IMG/VR virus record: IMGVR_UViG_3300027777_000045
Location: 1-56,201 of that record
Reading direction: 5' to 3' (one strand)
Source of the DNA: a virus
Lineage: Duplodnaviria; Caudoviricetes
Length of the DNA stretch: 56,201 nt
Shown in pieces: positions 49,106 to 56,036 of the stretch; positions within the stretch are counted from its first letter, which is position 1, and each line of letters starts with the position of its first letter. Under the pieces are notes generated by a model. That model saw nothing but the letters and a program-made list of their open reading frames with translations, did not search any database and had not been told where the DNA came from. The translations under genes were made by a program, and so were the position numbers.

Positions 49106-49294
49106 TTAATCTTCAAGATCGTCTCTGAGTTGATGAGTAACTTCCACCCATGCCGCAACTCTCACTTTTGAAAATACTTCTACATCGAGTAGTCCATTTC
49201 TTACTTTTTCTGAAATAAGATATTTTACTTCTTTATTGGTTTTAAATTCACATTCTTTTCTCGAATAAACACGGTAAGCGCATAAACTAATCAT
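49106..49294 (-). CDS. Small QxxEDL-family ORF
   Basis: Ends HQLRDDLED. Confidence 0.6.
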   Translation of the reverse strand: MISLCAYRVYSRKECEFKTNKEVKYLISEKVRNGLLDVEVFSKVRVAAWVEVTHQLRDDLED

Positions 49295-49451
49295 CTAAAT
49301 CGTCTCTAAGTTGTTCATGAATATGTGGAACATACAACATAATATCATATAATACTTGGTTATGATCATAGACATCGCATTTAATTAGATTATGAGCAGG
49401 AATTCCAATATTCCATATCGATGGTGGAAAGATAATATCTTTAACTTTCAT
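49287..49451 (-). CDS. Small QxxEDL-family ORF
   Basis: Likely start MKVKDII overlapping the upstream stop; ends EQLRDDLDD. Confidence 0.6.
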   Translation of the reverse strand: MKVKDIIFPPSIWNIGIPAHNLIKCDVYDHNQVLYDIMLYVPHIHEQLRDDLDD

Positions 49452-49632
49452 TTTCTGCATCTTCCACAAATTGTTCTCTAATATGAAATTCACAATCAAG
49501 TATCTGACCAATATGTTTAAGTTCAAAAACTTCCATAAAGTTATGATATACTACATATTTCCTAACCTTTATCCTAATAGTATCCTCAACATCATCCATT
49601 ATTTGAGTTATGGTTTGACTATACATTTTCAT
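49441..49632 (-). CDS. Small QxxEDL-family ORF
   Basis: AAAGGA RBS; ends EQFVEDAENES. Confidence 0.65.
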   Translation of the reverse strand: MKMYSQTITQIMDDVEDTIRIKVRKYVVYHNFMEVFELKHIGQILDCEFHIREQFVEDAENES

Positions 49633-49667
49633 ATTCCTTTTATATTATCCATATTATGTCATTACTG

Positions 49668-49696
49668 ATTATAACACAATCATATATCACTGTCAA
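49668..49696 (-). promoter_or_regulatory. Sigma70 early promoter
   Basis: TTGACA-17-TATAAT. Confidence 0.85.
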
Positions 49697-49709
49697 CAAA
49701 AAAATGCAC

Positions 49710-49742
49710 AAAAAAAGAGGGTGATAACTTAATACCACCCTC
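49710..49742 (-). terminator. Intrinsic terminator
   Basis: GAGGGTGGTA-TTAAGT-TATCACCCTC-TTTTTTT. Confidence 0.85.
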
Positions 49743-49769
49743 CGAGTTAAACCAAATATGTTTTAAAAA

Positions 49770-50636
49770 TTAAGTACGGAATTCCAAGTCTCGAAGCACC
49801 TCGGGGTCAACACCATAAGTCCAGGCATTTGCTTCCAACGCGGTCTTGACAGTAGGCGGCACAGGAATAGCAAACTCACGACCAGTACCACAAACAACAC
49901 GCAGGAACTGTTCTTTACCAATATCAGGAATATTCACCTGCAGAAGAGTACCAATCTGCGGATCCTCATCCTGGTCAATAACCTTGGACTTCAATTCCTT
50001 TAGAATATGAACCCAACCAAGGATTTCACAAGCAACTCGACGGAGTTCCAGGTTGTCTTCCTTGAGAGCGGCCTTAGCGGTCAACTCTTGCTTATTGGTG
50101 ATCCAGAACCACTTATCACGGCTCAGACGAACACCGTGCCAGGCAAACACCATGGTACCGTCCTGATATTCAATGGCGGGACCATCCTCACAATGCAGAC
50201 GGTTCTGGTCATCGAATCGGATATACATCGGGAACTCTTGAATAATAGCAAAGTCCTTGTCGACATAAGTCCAGCAAGCAACTTGCGCATATTCAATCAG
50301 CGGTTGGACAATCTCCAGATCCAGACCGCAGACTTCCTTGAAGTAAGCATAGAAACTCAACCAAGAACTATCATGAGCACCATAGATCATAGAGTTCATG
50401 AATTCAGTAGAAGTACCGTTAGGCTTTACAGACTTATAGATCTTATAGGCATCCATAGGTCCAGTAGCATAATAAACACTAGAAGGTGCTTCAAGATCAC
50501 GAGACGTGTAGCACTTTGCAAGAGCAGTCTTAGCTGCAGCAAAGTCAAGAACTTCAGTACGAAGACCGATTTCCAACCAGCGGTCCCGATAGACGGGAAT
50601 TTGCGCCAGTTGGTCTTCATTCAAACTAGTAATCAC
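49770..50636 (-). CDS. DUF6745-like protein
   Basis: RLHCEDGPAIEYQDG..VFAWHGV; EDNLELRRVACEILGW; VVCGTGREFAIPVPP..KTALEA.AWTYG. Confidence 0.75.
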   Translation of the reverse strand: MITSLNEDQLAQIPVYRDRWLEIGLRTEVLDFAAAKTALAKCYTSRDLEAPSSVYYATGPMDAYKIYKSVKPNGTSTEFMNSMIYGAHDSSWLSFYAYFKEVCGLDLEIVQPLIEYAQVACWTYVDKDFAIIQEFPMYIRFDDQNRLHCEDGPAIEYQDGTMVFAWHGVRLSRDKWFWITNKQELTAKAALKEDNLELRRVACEILGWVHILKELKSKVIDQDEDPQIGTLLQVNIPDIGKEQFLRVVCGTGREFAIPVPPTVKTALEANAWTYGVDPEVLRDLEFRT

Positions 50637-50696
50637 ATTATCACCTTTACATTATATAAGTGGAAAGCTTCTAAAAATGAAACCTAAGATCAAAGA

Positions 50697-51059
50697 TCAG
50701 TCGGCAGCCTTACGGAAACCTTCGGCAGTATATTCACGTTGACGGCGAATCTCGTAGGTACCGGGTGGGACCATAATAGCCTCGTGAGTATCGAAAGATC
50801 GAAGATGGTCAATCCGAGTGTCTTCCTTGACAAGAAGGAACATCTTGTACAAGTCAACATTCTGAGAGTTAGACTTATCGGCAGGAATTTCGAATGCCTC
50901 GACTCGAGTTGCTTCCATCACGTGATTGTGCCCAGTTTCACTGTGAGCAACAATTACCTTGCCATTCTCAGGAGCAACGGGAACAACACCCTCGGGGATA
51001 TTCTGAATACGCAGGATAATGAAGTCACCCTGAGCAGCCATGTTACGCATAATCTTCAT
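50697..51059 (-). CDS. Conserved partner of DUF6745-like proteins
   Basis: AQGD.I; AHSETGHNH; HEAIMVPPGTYEIRRQREY. Confidence 0.7.
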   Translation of the reverse strand: MKIMRNMAAQGDFIILRIQNIPEGVVPVAPENGKVIVAHSETGHNHVMEATRVEAFEIPADKSNSQNVDLYKMFLLVKEDTRIDHLRSFDTHEAIMVPPGTYEIRRQREYTAEGFRKAAD

Positions 51060-51088
51060 GATATAGTCTCCTTGTTGGTTATAATGAT

Positions 51089-51116
51089 ATTATATATGGT
51101 TTTAGTAAAAAGTCAA
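51089..51116 (-). promoter_or_regulatory. Sigma70 early promoter
   Basis: TTGACT-16-TATAAT upstream of an AAGGAG RBS. Confidence 0.65.
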
Positions 51117-51361
51117 GGGTTATTTTTGAACAAAATGTTTTTGGCTCTAGTGAGAGCATTACCTGTGTCTGTAATATGGCCTTTTGAAACAAAATGGCCA
51201 ACTTGATGTGCACAGTCTGTTACAGTGAATAGTGCTGTAAGAGCCTCACGTAGTTCATCTCGTTCGTCTAACAAGGCCAACATATGTGTCTTTTCGACCA
51301 TAATAACAGTTGGACCTTGAGAGACGAGGGCACGAAATGTTTCGGTATCTGTAATAGCCAT
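51113..51361 (-). CDS. Hypothetical protein
   Basis: Likely start MAITDTE (ATG 51361) after GGAGG, overlapping the upstream stop (TAATG). Confidence 0.6.
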   Translation of the reverse strand: MAITDTETFRALVSQGPTVIMVEKTHMLALLDERDELREALTALFTVTDCAHQVGHFVSKGHITDTGNALTRAKNILFKNNP

Positions 51362-51777
51362 TATTGATCCTCCATCGCTTTTGTTACATGTCGGCACTTC
51401 TTATGGAATTGAAATCCAATACAAGTACACGACCAACGTTTAGTGCGGCCATCCTGTCGCACGGTATAGACTTCACCGGTTTTAGATGAAGTCACATTTA
51501 AGACCTTGTCGACAGTGACCTTCGGTTGTTTTACCGTAACACCACCAATCGACAAGACTTTATGCATAGGGATATAATTGAAGCCCTTGGTCTCACTATT
51601 TAGAATAGTAAGATCTGCAATAGAAGTCATCCACTTAGGAGTAGGTACAACAACCCCACGAAGAGTCAATGTAGGCTGTACCCTATGTACTGAACATGGA
51701 GCCATAGCATAACGTGCTGCAGCATTGTCCAATACGACCTCTACGACTGAACCTTCGGTGGGGAGTTGCATTTTCAT
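51361..51777 (-). CDS. SWIM-type zinc-finger protein
   Basis: YTVRQ...WSCTCIGFQFHKKCRHV. Confidence 0.75.
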   Translation of the reverse strand: MKMQLPTEGSVVEVVLDNAAARYAMAPCSVHRVQPTLTLRGVVVPTPKWMTSIADLTILNSETKGFNYIPMHKVLSIGGVTVKQPKVTVDKVLNVTSSKTGEVYTVRQDGRTKRWSCTCIGFQFHKKCRHVTKAMEDQ

Positions 51778-52160
51778 TATGCCTTTACGGTAATCCGTGC
51801 AAGAATTGCCCGCACGGCATTGTCTACAAGAGCATTCAGTTCAGTCTTGAGTGCGGTCTCAAGAGTATTTGTTACAGGAACACTATTTTGTTCCACATTA
51901 ATCCGAGTCGACATTTCAGCAGGCATACCACGCAGCGCTTGTTGAGTACCCCGCGAACCCAAATCCCAACCATAATAATCCTTCCACTGCCTAAGCCATG
52001 CTGTGTACTTATGCACAGCGGCAGTTGTTGTCTTATGATCGTCGGTATTTAAAAGTAGACCGGCCTTAATAAGGGCCTCCGGTCGCGACAGATGTGTTTG
52101 CTTAAGAACAAACATGTACAAATTATAGTTTGTGCTCATAGACGGTGTAATATTCTTCAT
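51777..52160 (-). CDS. Hypothetical early protein
   Basis: AAAGGA RBS; first gene after the 52212 promoter. Confidence 0.65.
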   Translation of the reverse strand: MKNITPSMSTNYNLYMFVLKQTHLSRPEALIKAGLLLNTDDHKTTTAAVHKYTAWLRQWKDYYGWDLGSRGTQQALRGMPAEMSTRINVEQNSVPVTNTLETALKTELNALVDNAVRAILARITVKA

Positions 52161-52211
52161 AATATAATGTCCTTTTCAATTTTGACCATCATTGGTCTGG
52201 CTAACATAGTT

Positions 52212-52240
52212 ATTATAACAAACTTTTGGGGTCGTGTCAA
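52212..52240 (-). promoter_or_regulatory. Sigma70 early promoter
   Basis: TTGACA-17-TATAAT. Confidence 0.85.
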
Positions 52241-52261
52241 CAAAAGATTTGTTAACTTTTG

Positions 52262-52597
52262 TTAATCTTCTAGCTGAGCACAACCACCATGCTTTTCAAC
52301 TGTTTCCAATATCTTAGCGACTGGAACCCAGCCAAAAACACAGTCCTCATCTGAGGGGTCATCACCCATGTCCTCGCGCCATTGACGAAGTTCTGGCACT
52401 GGCTTGGTAGGAAAACCTACCTCCATGGAAGACCACGGGCCGACATGAGACCTCGGTGAAGAATAATGATAGGAACTGGCCTGGACGGACATCTTGAATC
52501 CATCACGACATATCAGAGGCGGCATCACCTCGTGACTCAGATTACCGAGCACGGCTTTGTCTCGCATACGGGTTATGTAGGCTGATAGAACATCCAT
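52262..52597 (-). CDS. Conserved phage hypothetical protein
   Basis: CRDGFKMSVQASSYHYSSPR...EVGFP...VFGWVP....KHGG. Confidence 0.75.
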   Translation of the reverse strand: MDVLSAYITRMRDKAVLGNLSHEVMPPLICRDGFKMSVQASSYHYSSPRSHVGPWSSMEVGFPTKPVPELRQWREDMGDDPSDEDCVFGWVPVAKILETVEKHGGCAQLED

Positions 52598-52621
52598 AGT
52601 AAATCTCCTGTTTATAAAAAG

Positions 52622-52650
52622 ATTATATCAAACACCGATGGTCATGTCAA
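52622..52650 (-). promoter_or_regulatory. Sigma70 early promoter
   Basis: TTGACA-17-TATAAT with TG extension. Confidence 0.85.
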
Positions 52651-52661
52651 CAACAGTTTTG

Positions 52662-52841
52662 TTAACTTTCGTTAATATCCTCAGCGACTTGGTTCTCTAG
52701 ACTTATATTGAACGATCTATCATAAATTGGCATTTGTAGCCCAGCATATGTCTTAAACCGAACGTTTTTTCGAACAGATTTATGCAATTCGCGCATAGAA
52801 TCATCCAATACATGACTCAAAAGCACATCAATAGTCTTCAT
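52662..52841 (-). CDS. Small QxxEDL-family ORF (59 aa); absent from the track
   Basis: MKTIDVLLSHVLDDSMRELHKSVRKNVRFKTYAGLQMPIYDRSFNISLENQVAEDINES. Confidence 0.65.
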   Translation of the reverse strand: MKTIDVLLSHVLDDSMRELHKSVRKNVRFKTYAGLQMPIYDRSFNISLENQVAEDINES

Positions 52842-53025
52842 AGTTTAGATTTTCCTTGATTTGTTCATCGAGTAACGTATAAATGTCATCTATAAATGCT
52901 GGTTCAACCCATCGAATCACATAACTACGAATACCATCAGCAAATACACCCTGAGATTTGTGCCAAATAGCATCTGATACATCATCCGCCATGATATTAC
53001 GTGCTGTTTCATTCATTCTAAGCAT
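52828..53025 (-). CDS. Small QxxEDL-family ORF
   Basis: Ends EQIKENLNYEDY. Confidence 0.65.
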   Translation of the reverse strand: MLRMNETARNIMADDVSDAIWHKSQGVFADGIRSYVIRWVEPAFIDDIYTLLDEQIKENLNYEDY

Positions 53026-53176
53026 TATCTAGATCTTCTTTTATTTGTACTTTTAATGGGACCAAAACAAGCATAATTTCATGCAATAATTTATCACCGA
53101 CAGCAAATTGTAAACGAGGACAAATTTCAGATGTATCAATATGTCGCATGGTTTGGATTTTATTGACTATATTCAT
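53018..53176 (-). CDS. Small QxxEDL-family ORF (52 aa); absent from the track
   Basis: MNIVNKIQTMRHIDTSEICPRLQFAVGDKLLHEIMLVLVPLKVQIKEDLDNA. Confidence 0.65.
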   Translation of the reverse strand: MNIVNKIQTMRHIDTSEICPRLQFAVGDKLLHEIMLVLVPLKVQIKEDLDNA

Positions 53177-53319
53177 TGATATAACAATCTCATTATTGTA
53201 ATAAATTCGTGTACTCCAAAAATACCTACAGCAATCAATGCAAAGCCTGTTATAGTCATAGCAATTGCTACAATTGTAAGAGTAACAACGTCAATATAAG
53301 CATTTAACTTTTCAAGCAT
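53173..53319 (-). CDS. 48-aa single-TM protein inside the array; absent from the track
   Basis: MLEKLNAYIDVVTLTIVAIAMTITGFALIAVGIFGVHEFITIMRLLYQ; overlaps both neighbours. Confidence 0.6.
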   Translation of the reverse strand: MLEKLNAYIDVVTLTIVAIAMTITGFALIAVGIFGVHEFITIMRLLYQ

Positions 53320-53491
53320 CGTCTAAATCCTCCCAAACTTGACTGATCATATAATCTTCAATTATAGCTTCAATTACAACAAAATGATTAAGCCAAATTT
53401 TATTACGAACCTCCAATCCACTCGACATTGCCGTTTGTTTCCAGGCAGTATCCGATGTATCAGTATGTATCCGTTCAACAATTCTAGACAT
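53312..53491 (-). CDS. Small QxxEDL-family ORF
   Basis: Likely start MSRIVER; ends SQVWEDLDDA. Confidence 0.65.
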   Translation of the reverse strand: MSRIVERIHTDTSDTAWKQTAMSSGLEVRNKIWLNHFVVIEAIIEDYMISQVWEDLDDA

Positions 53492-53678
53492 CACGTAAAT
53501 CCTCATCCACTTGTATAAACACATTATCCAATATCGGTCTATGAATACGACCATTCAAATCCATACGTATATTCAATGCTATATGGCGCATGGTACCATC
53601 ATCTGTAGTATCCCATGTTCTACCCGAGGCTTCTTCTGCACACTGGCTTTTTATTATATATCGTATATTCTTAGACAA
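53484..53678 (-). CDS. Small QxxEDL-family ORF
   Basis: TTG start; ends IQVDEDLRDV. Confidence 0.65.
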   Translation of the reverse strand: MSKNIRYIIKSQCAEEASGRTWDTTDDGTMRHIALNIRMDLNGRIHRPILDNVFIQVDEDLRDV

Positions 53679-53856
53679 GATCTAGATCCTCTTCCATTTG
53701 ATCTTGAATTATACCGCGCATAATAAGTAAGGGCTCAGCATAATCTTGAATAATACGTGCATCACACCAAACCTCCAAGGAAACACTTTCGTGTTCATGG
53801 AGCTTATGACCGGCTTGAATTCTAACCTGATATTTGATTTCATTTATAATTGACAT
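53671..53856 (-). CDS. Small QxxEDL-family ORF
   Basis: Ends DQMEEDLDLV. Confidence 0.65.
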   Translation of the reverse strand: MSIINEIKYQVRIQAGHKLHEHESVSLEVWCDARIIQDYAEPLLIMRGIIQDQMEEDLDLV

Positions 53857-54025
53857 CTAGATCCTCATCTATCTGATCTTGAAGGTTATATCGTAATTCA
53901 AGTCCAATTTTAGCACTAACATCACCTAGAGTCACACCTACAAGTACTTCCTCGGATAATGCATCAAGATACAAATCGAGTGAATCTTGAATTGATCCTT
54001 TAATACATCCAGTAATTTCAGACAT
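53840..54025 (-). CDS. Small QxxEDL-family ORF
   Basis: Ends DQIDEDLDVNYK. Confidence 0.65.
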   Translation of the reverse strand: MSEITGCIKGSIQDSLDLYLDALSEEVLVGVTLGDVSAKIGLELRYNLQDQIDEDLDVNYK

Positions 54026-54182
54026 TTTCTAGATCTTCTTCAATTTGGGAATAAATCGATTTCGAATAATCATCATGCCAAAGTTCGTCTTCAATCTCAC
54101 ATACCATATCAAATCCGACATTCTCATATACAATATGAAAAAGATTACCTTCACCCATGATTTTACTCTCTGTATCAGACAT
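54018..54182 (-). CDS. Small QxxEDL-family ORF (54 aa); absent from the track
   Basis: MSDTESKIMGEGNLFHIVYENVGFDMVCEIEDELWHDDYSKSIYSQIEEDLENV. Confidence 0.65.
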   Translation of the reverse strand: MSDTESKIMGEGNLFHIVYENVGFDMVCEIEDELWHDDYSKSIYSQIEEDLENV

Positions 54183-54363
54183 CATCTAGATCTTCGGCAA
54201 ATTGATCCAATAGAGGTTCGCGAACTTGATCTAATACTTGATATCCTGTTTCATTATTGACGTAAAATCCTATATGATAATCAGCATTTTTGACACGTAC
54301 TGCTTTCCATATTATATCGCCGGCCATGTCTGATGCAGAACTGATTTTTTCACCAATTGTCAT
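54175..54363 (-). CDS. Small QxxEDL-family ORF, first of the main array
   Basis: Ends DQFAEDLDDV. Confidence 0.65.
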   Translation of the reverse strand: MTIGEKISSASDMAGDIIWKAVRVKNADYHIGFYVNNETGYQVLDQVREPLLDQFAEDLDDV

Positions 54364-54397
54364 ATTATATACATCATCTAATGTCTCCTATAGTCTT

Positions 54398-54426
54398 ATT
54401 ATAACAAAAAACCCGGTACTTGTCAA
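54398..54426 (-). promoter_or_regulatory. Sigma70 early promoter driving the small-ORF array
   Basis: TTGACA-17-TATAAT, overlapped by the inverted repeat AAACCCGGTA...TACCGGGTTT. Confidence 0.8.
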
Positions 54427-54474
54427 CGATTAAGTCAACAATACCGGGTTTCTTTAACATATCATAAATTTATG

Positions 54475-54732
54475 TTAACGTTCTAGGGCTTTTTGTACTT
54501 CTGGTGTATAAACCCACGCTTCCATGGCATTATCCCATTCATATACTGAATTCCACCAATCCAATAGCTCTTCATGTGTGAAATAGTACCTAGGTTGCAT
54601 CCATGCCGTACCAAGATCAATATATGCGGCCGTGCATTCCGCGTATAGATCCCTATGAGAGAATAAAGTTATATCACTAGAAGCTTGAATTGCAGTTACC
54701 ATCCCTTTTTGTCTCCGTATTCCTCGTTCCAA
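54475..54732 (-). CDS. Hypothetical protein
   Basis: Likely start MVTAIQ overlapping the upstream stop. Confidence 0.55.
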   Translation of the reverse strand: MERGIRRQKGMVTAIQASSDITLFSHRDLYAECTAAYIDLGTAWMQPRYYFTHEELLDWWNSVYEWDNAMEAWVYTPEVQKALER

Positions 54733-55151
54733 TCGTATCCAGCCATATATTCGGCAATCTCTTCTTCAGTTACAGCAAGAACACAGTCACCATTATAAGT
54801 ACCATTTGGATACCAATGAGGATACCGTGCCCTATCATAATAACTATCAGCACTGCCTCGATCATAGAGACTACCATGGCGATTACGATCAAATGCTAAA
54901 ACCTTCGGATCTACAACGGTTTCCTCAGGAGCCTTCTCGGATCGGTTATATTGTGGCTGACCTAGTGCAATAGTATCCTTTGCCATATGGACAACATTAT
55001 CCAATGCAACGTTGGAGCCAGGATTTACCTTAGCAATAGTATGTAGTGCATCATCATAGAGTTCAATCAGCCGAATAGCATCCTGGATAGTGACAATTTC
55101 ACTATCCCTGGCGCGAGCATATAGTTCTTCGAGTCGTTCAATGATGTTCAT
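54696..55151 (-). CDS. Conserved phage hypothetical protein
   Basis: RHGSLYDRGSADSYYDR..YPHWY...EIAEYMAGY; AGGAG RBS. Confidence 0.7.
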   Translation of the reverse strand: MNIIERLEELYARARDSEIVTIQDAIRLIELYDDALHTIAKVNPGSNVALDNVVHMAKDTIALGQPQYNRSEKAPEETVVDPKVLAFDRNRHGSLYDRGSADSYYDRARYPHWYPNGTYNGDCVLAVTEEEIAEYMAGYDWNEEYGDKKGW

Positions 55152-55198
55152 AATAATGTCTCCTGAAAGGCCCTATGCCTTTCCTTCCTTATATGGCT

Positions 55199-55227
55199 AT
55201 TATACCAAAAGAATACGTCAATGTCAA
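55199..55227 (-). promoter_or_regulatory. Sigma70 early promoter
   Basis: TTGACA-17-TATAAT with TG extension. Confidence 0.85.
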
Positions 55228-55254
55228 CAATTATTTTATTACAAAATGTTAATA

Positions 55255-55467
55255 CTAAGGATTCTGCCAAGGCGGCGGTCGATCAGGACCACGTGCCTGA
55301 TTGCCAATAGCCTCAATCCTCTTCATGACATCTTCATATGCACTCAGATAACCTTCTCCCCACATCAGATGCAGACTCAAGTCAGTGTCATGGTTATAAG
55401 GATTATCTGCAAAATGCCGACCACGCTTATAGTCATCATAACCAGACCAATAAGGATCAGCTGACAT
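55255..55467 (-). CDS. Rmf-like small protein
   Basis: YWSGYDDYKRG....NPY.......LMWGEGY resembles the ribosome modulation factor pattern. Confidence 0.5.
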   Translation of the reverse strand: MSADPYWSGYDDYKRGRHFADNPYNHDTDLSLHLMWGEGYLSAYEDVMKRIEAIGNQARGPDRPPPWQNP

Positions 55468-55639
55468 TACACAAATCCTCCATCAATTGAAGTTTAGTCA
55501 TAGGCCCAATAGATAGAGGCGCAAGCTGATTCATATATCCAAGTGCTTGGATGGCGCCATACTGATACATAAGTTTAACTACAATGGAAGTACGCATATG
55601 ATATACAACATCTGGAATGTTAGTCATATCTAACATCAT
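55457..55639 (-). CDS. Small QxxEDL-family ORF, outlying copy
   Basis: Ends LQLMEDLCNVS, overlapping the next ATG. Confidence 0.55.
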   Translation of the reverse strand: MMLDMTNIPDVVYHMRTSIVVKLMYQYGAIQALGYMNQLAPLSIGPMTKLQLMEDLCNVS

Positions 55640-55800
55640 TGTGCTTTACCAATAGGCTTCCTAGGGCACACAGGATTCATACATGTCTGTTCACTAGTAG
55701 GTGGACAAATACATCCTATGGGCTGTTGTGGGGTCGGACCACTAGTCCAGACGGTACGGATAGGTTGATATACAGGATAGTTTGGATAGCGATCGCTCAT
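55636..55800 (-). CDS. 54-aa Pro/Cys-rich protein; absent from the track
   Basis: MSDRYPNYPVYQPIRTVWTSGPTPQQPIGCICPPTSEQTCMNPVCPRKPIGKAQ; ATGA overlaps at both ends. Confidence 0.55.
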   Translation of the reverse strand: MSDRYPNYPVYQPIRTVWTSGPTPQQPIGCICPPTSEQTCMNPVCPRKPIGKAQ

Positions 55801-56036
55801 GGCTTCATCTCCAAAGCTGCGCGGGCTTGTTTCAGTCGATCTTCAAACCATTCGCCGAAATCCCGAACCCAACTATCATCCAGCAAATCCTCCAAAGCCT
55901 CCCGCAGCCGTGTGTTCTCGGCACGCAATCGTGTGATCTCGATGCACGCCTCACCGGCAGAGGCGTTTCGCCAGCTGCCATCCATCGCACGGACCCAGAA
56001 TATCTCGCCGTAAGTGTCTCCGCGATCAGTCATCAC
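55797..56036 (-). CDS. Hypothetical protein
   Basis: EITRLRAENTRLREALE...QARAALE, a common phage small-protein pattern. Confidence 0.6.
   Translation of the reverse strand: MMTDRGDTYGEIFWVRAMDGSWRNASAGEACIEITRLRAENTRLREALEDLLDDSWVRDFGEWFEDRLKQARAALEMKP

Noticed and set aside
50007-50687. 226-aa plus-strand ORF, and similar antisense ORFs over DUF932, gp32 and structural genes
   Set aside because: They shadow well-supported genes on the opposite strand and have no RBS or motifs; codon bias explains them
49096-52675. Canonical CtrA boxes
   Set aside because: Spacing is N6, not N7; kept only as an unexplained motif
52662-54363. CRISPR array or integron attC array suggested by the ~170-190 bp periodic GATCTAGA motif
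   Set aside because: Repeats are short, degenerate and coding; spacers are full ORFs; no attC-like hairpins, cas genes or integrase are visible
53312-54363. QxxEDL as a sliding-clamp-binding motif
   Set aside because: It lacks the terminal aromatic residues of the QL(S/D)LF or SLDFLF clamp motifs
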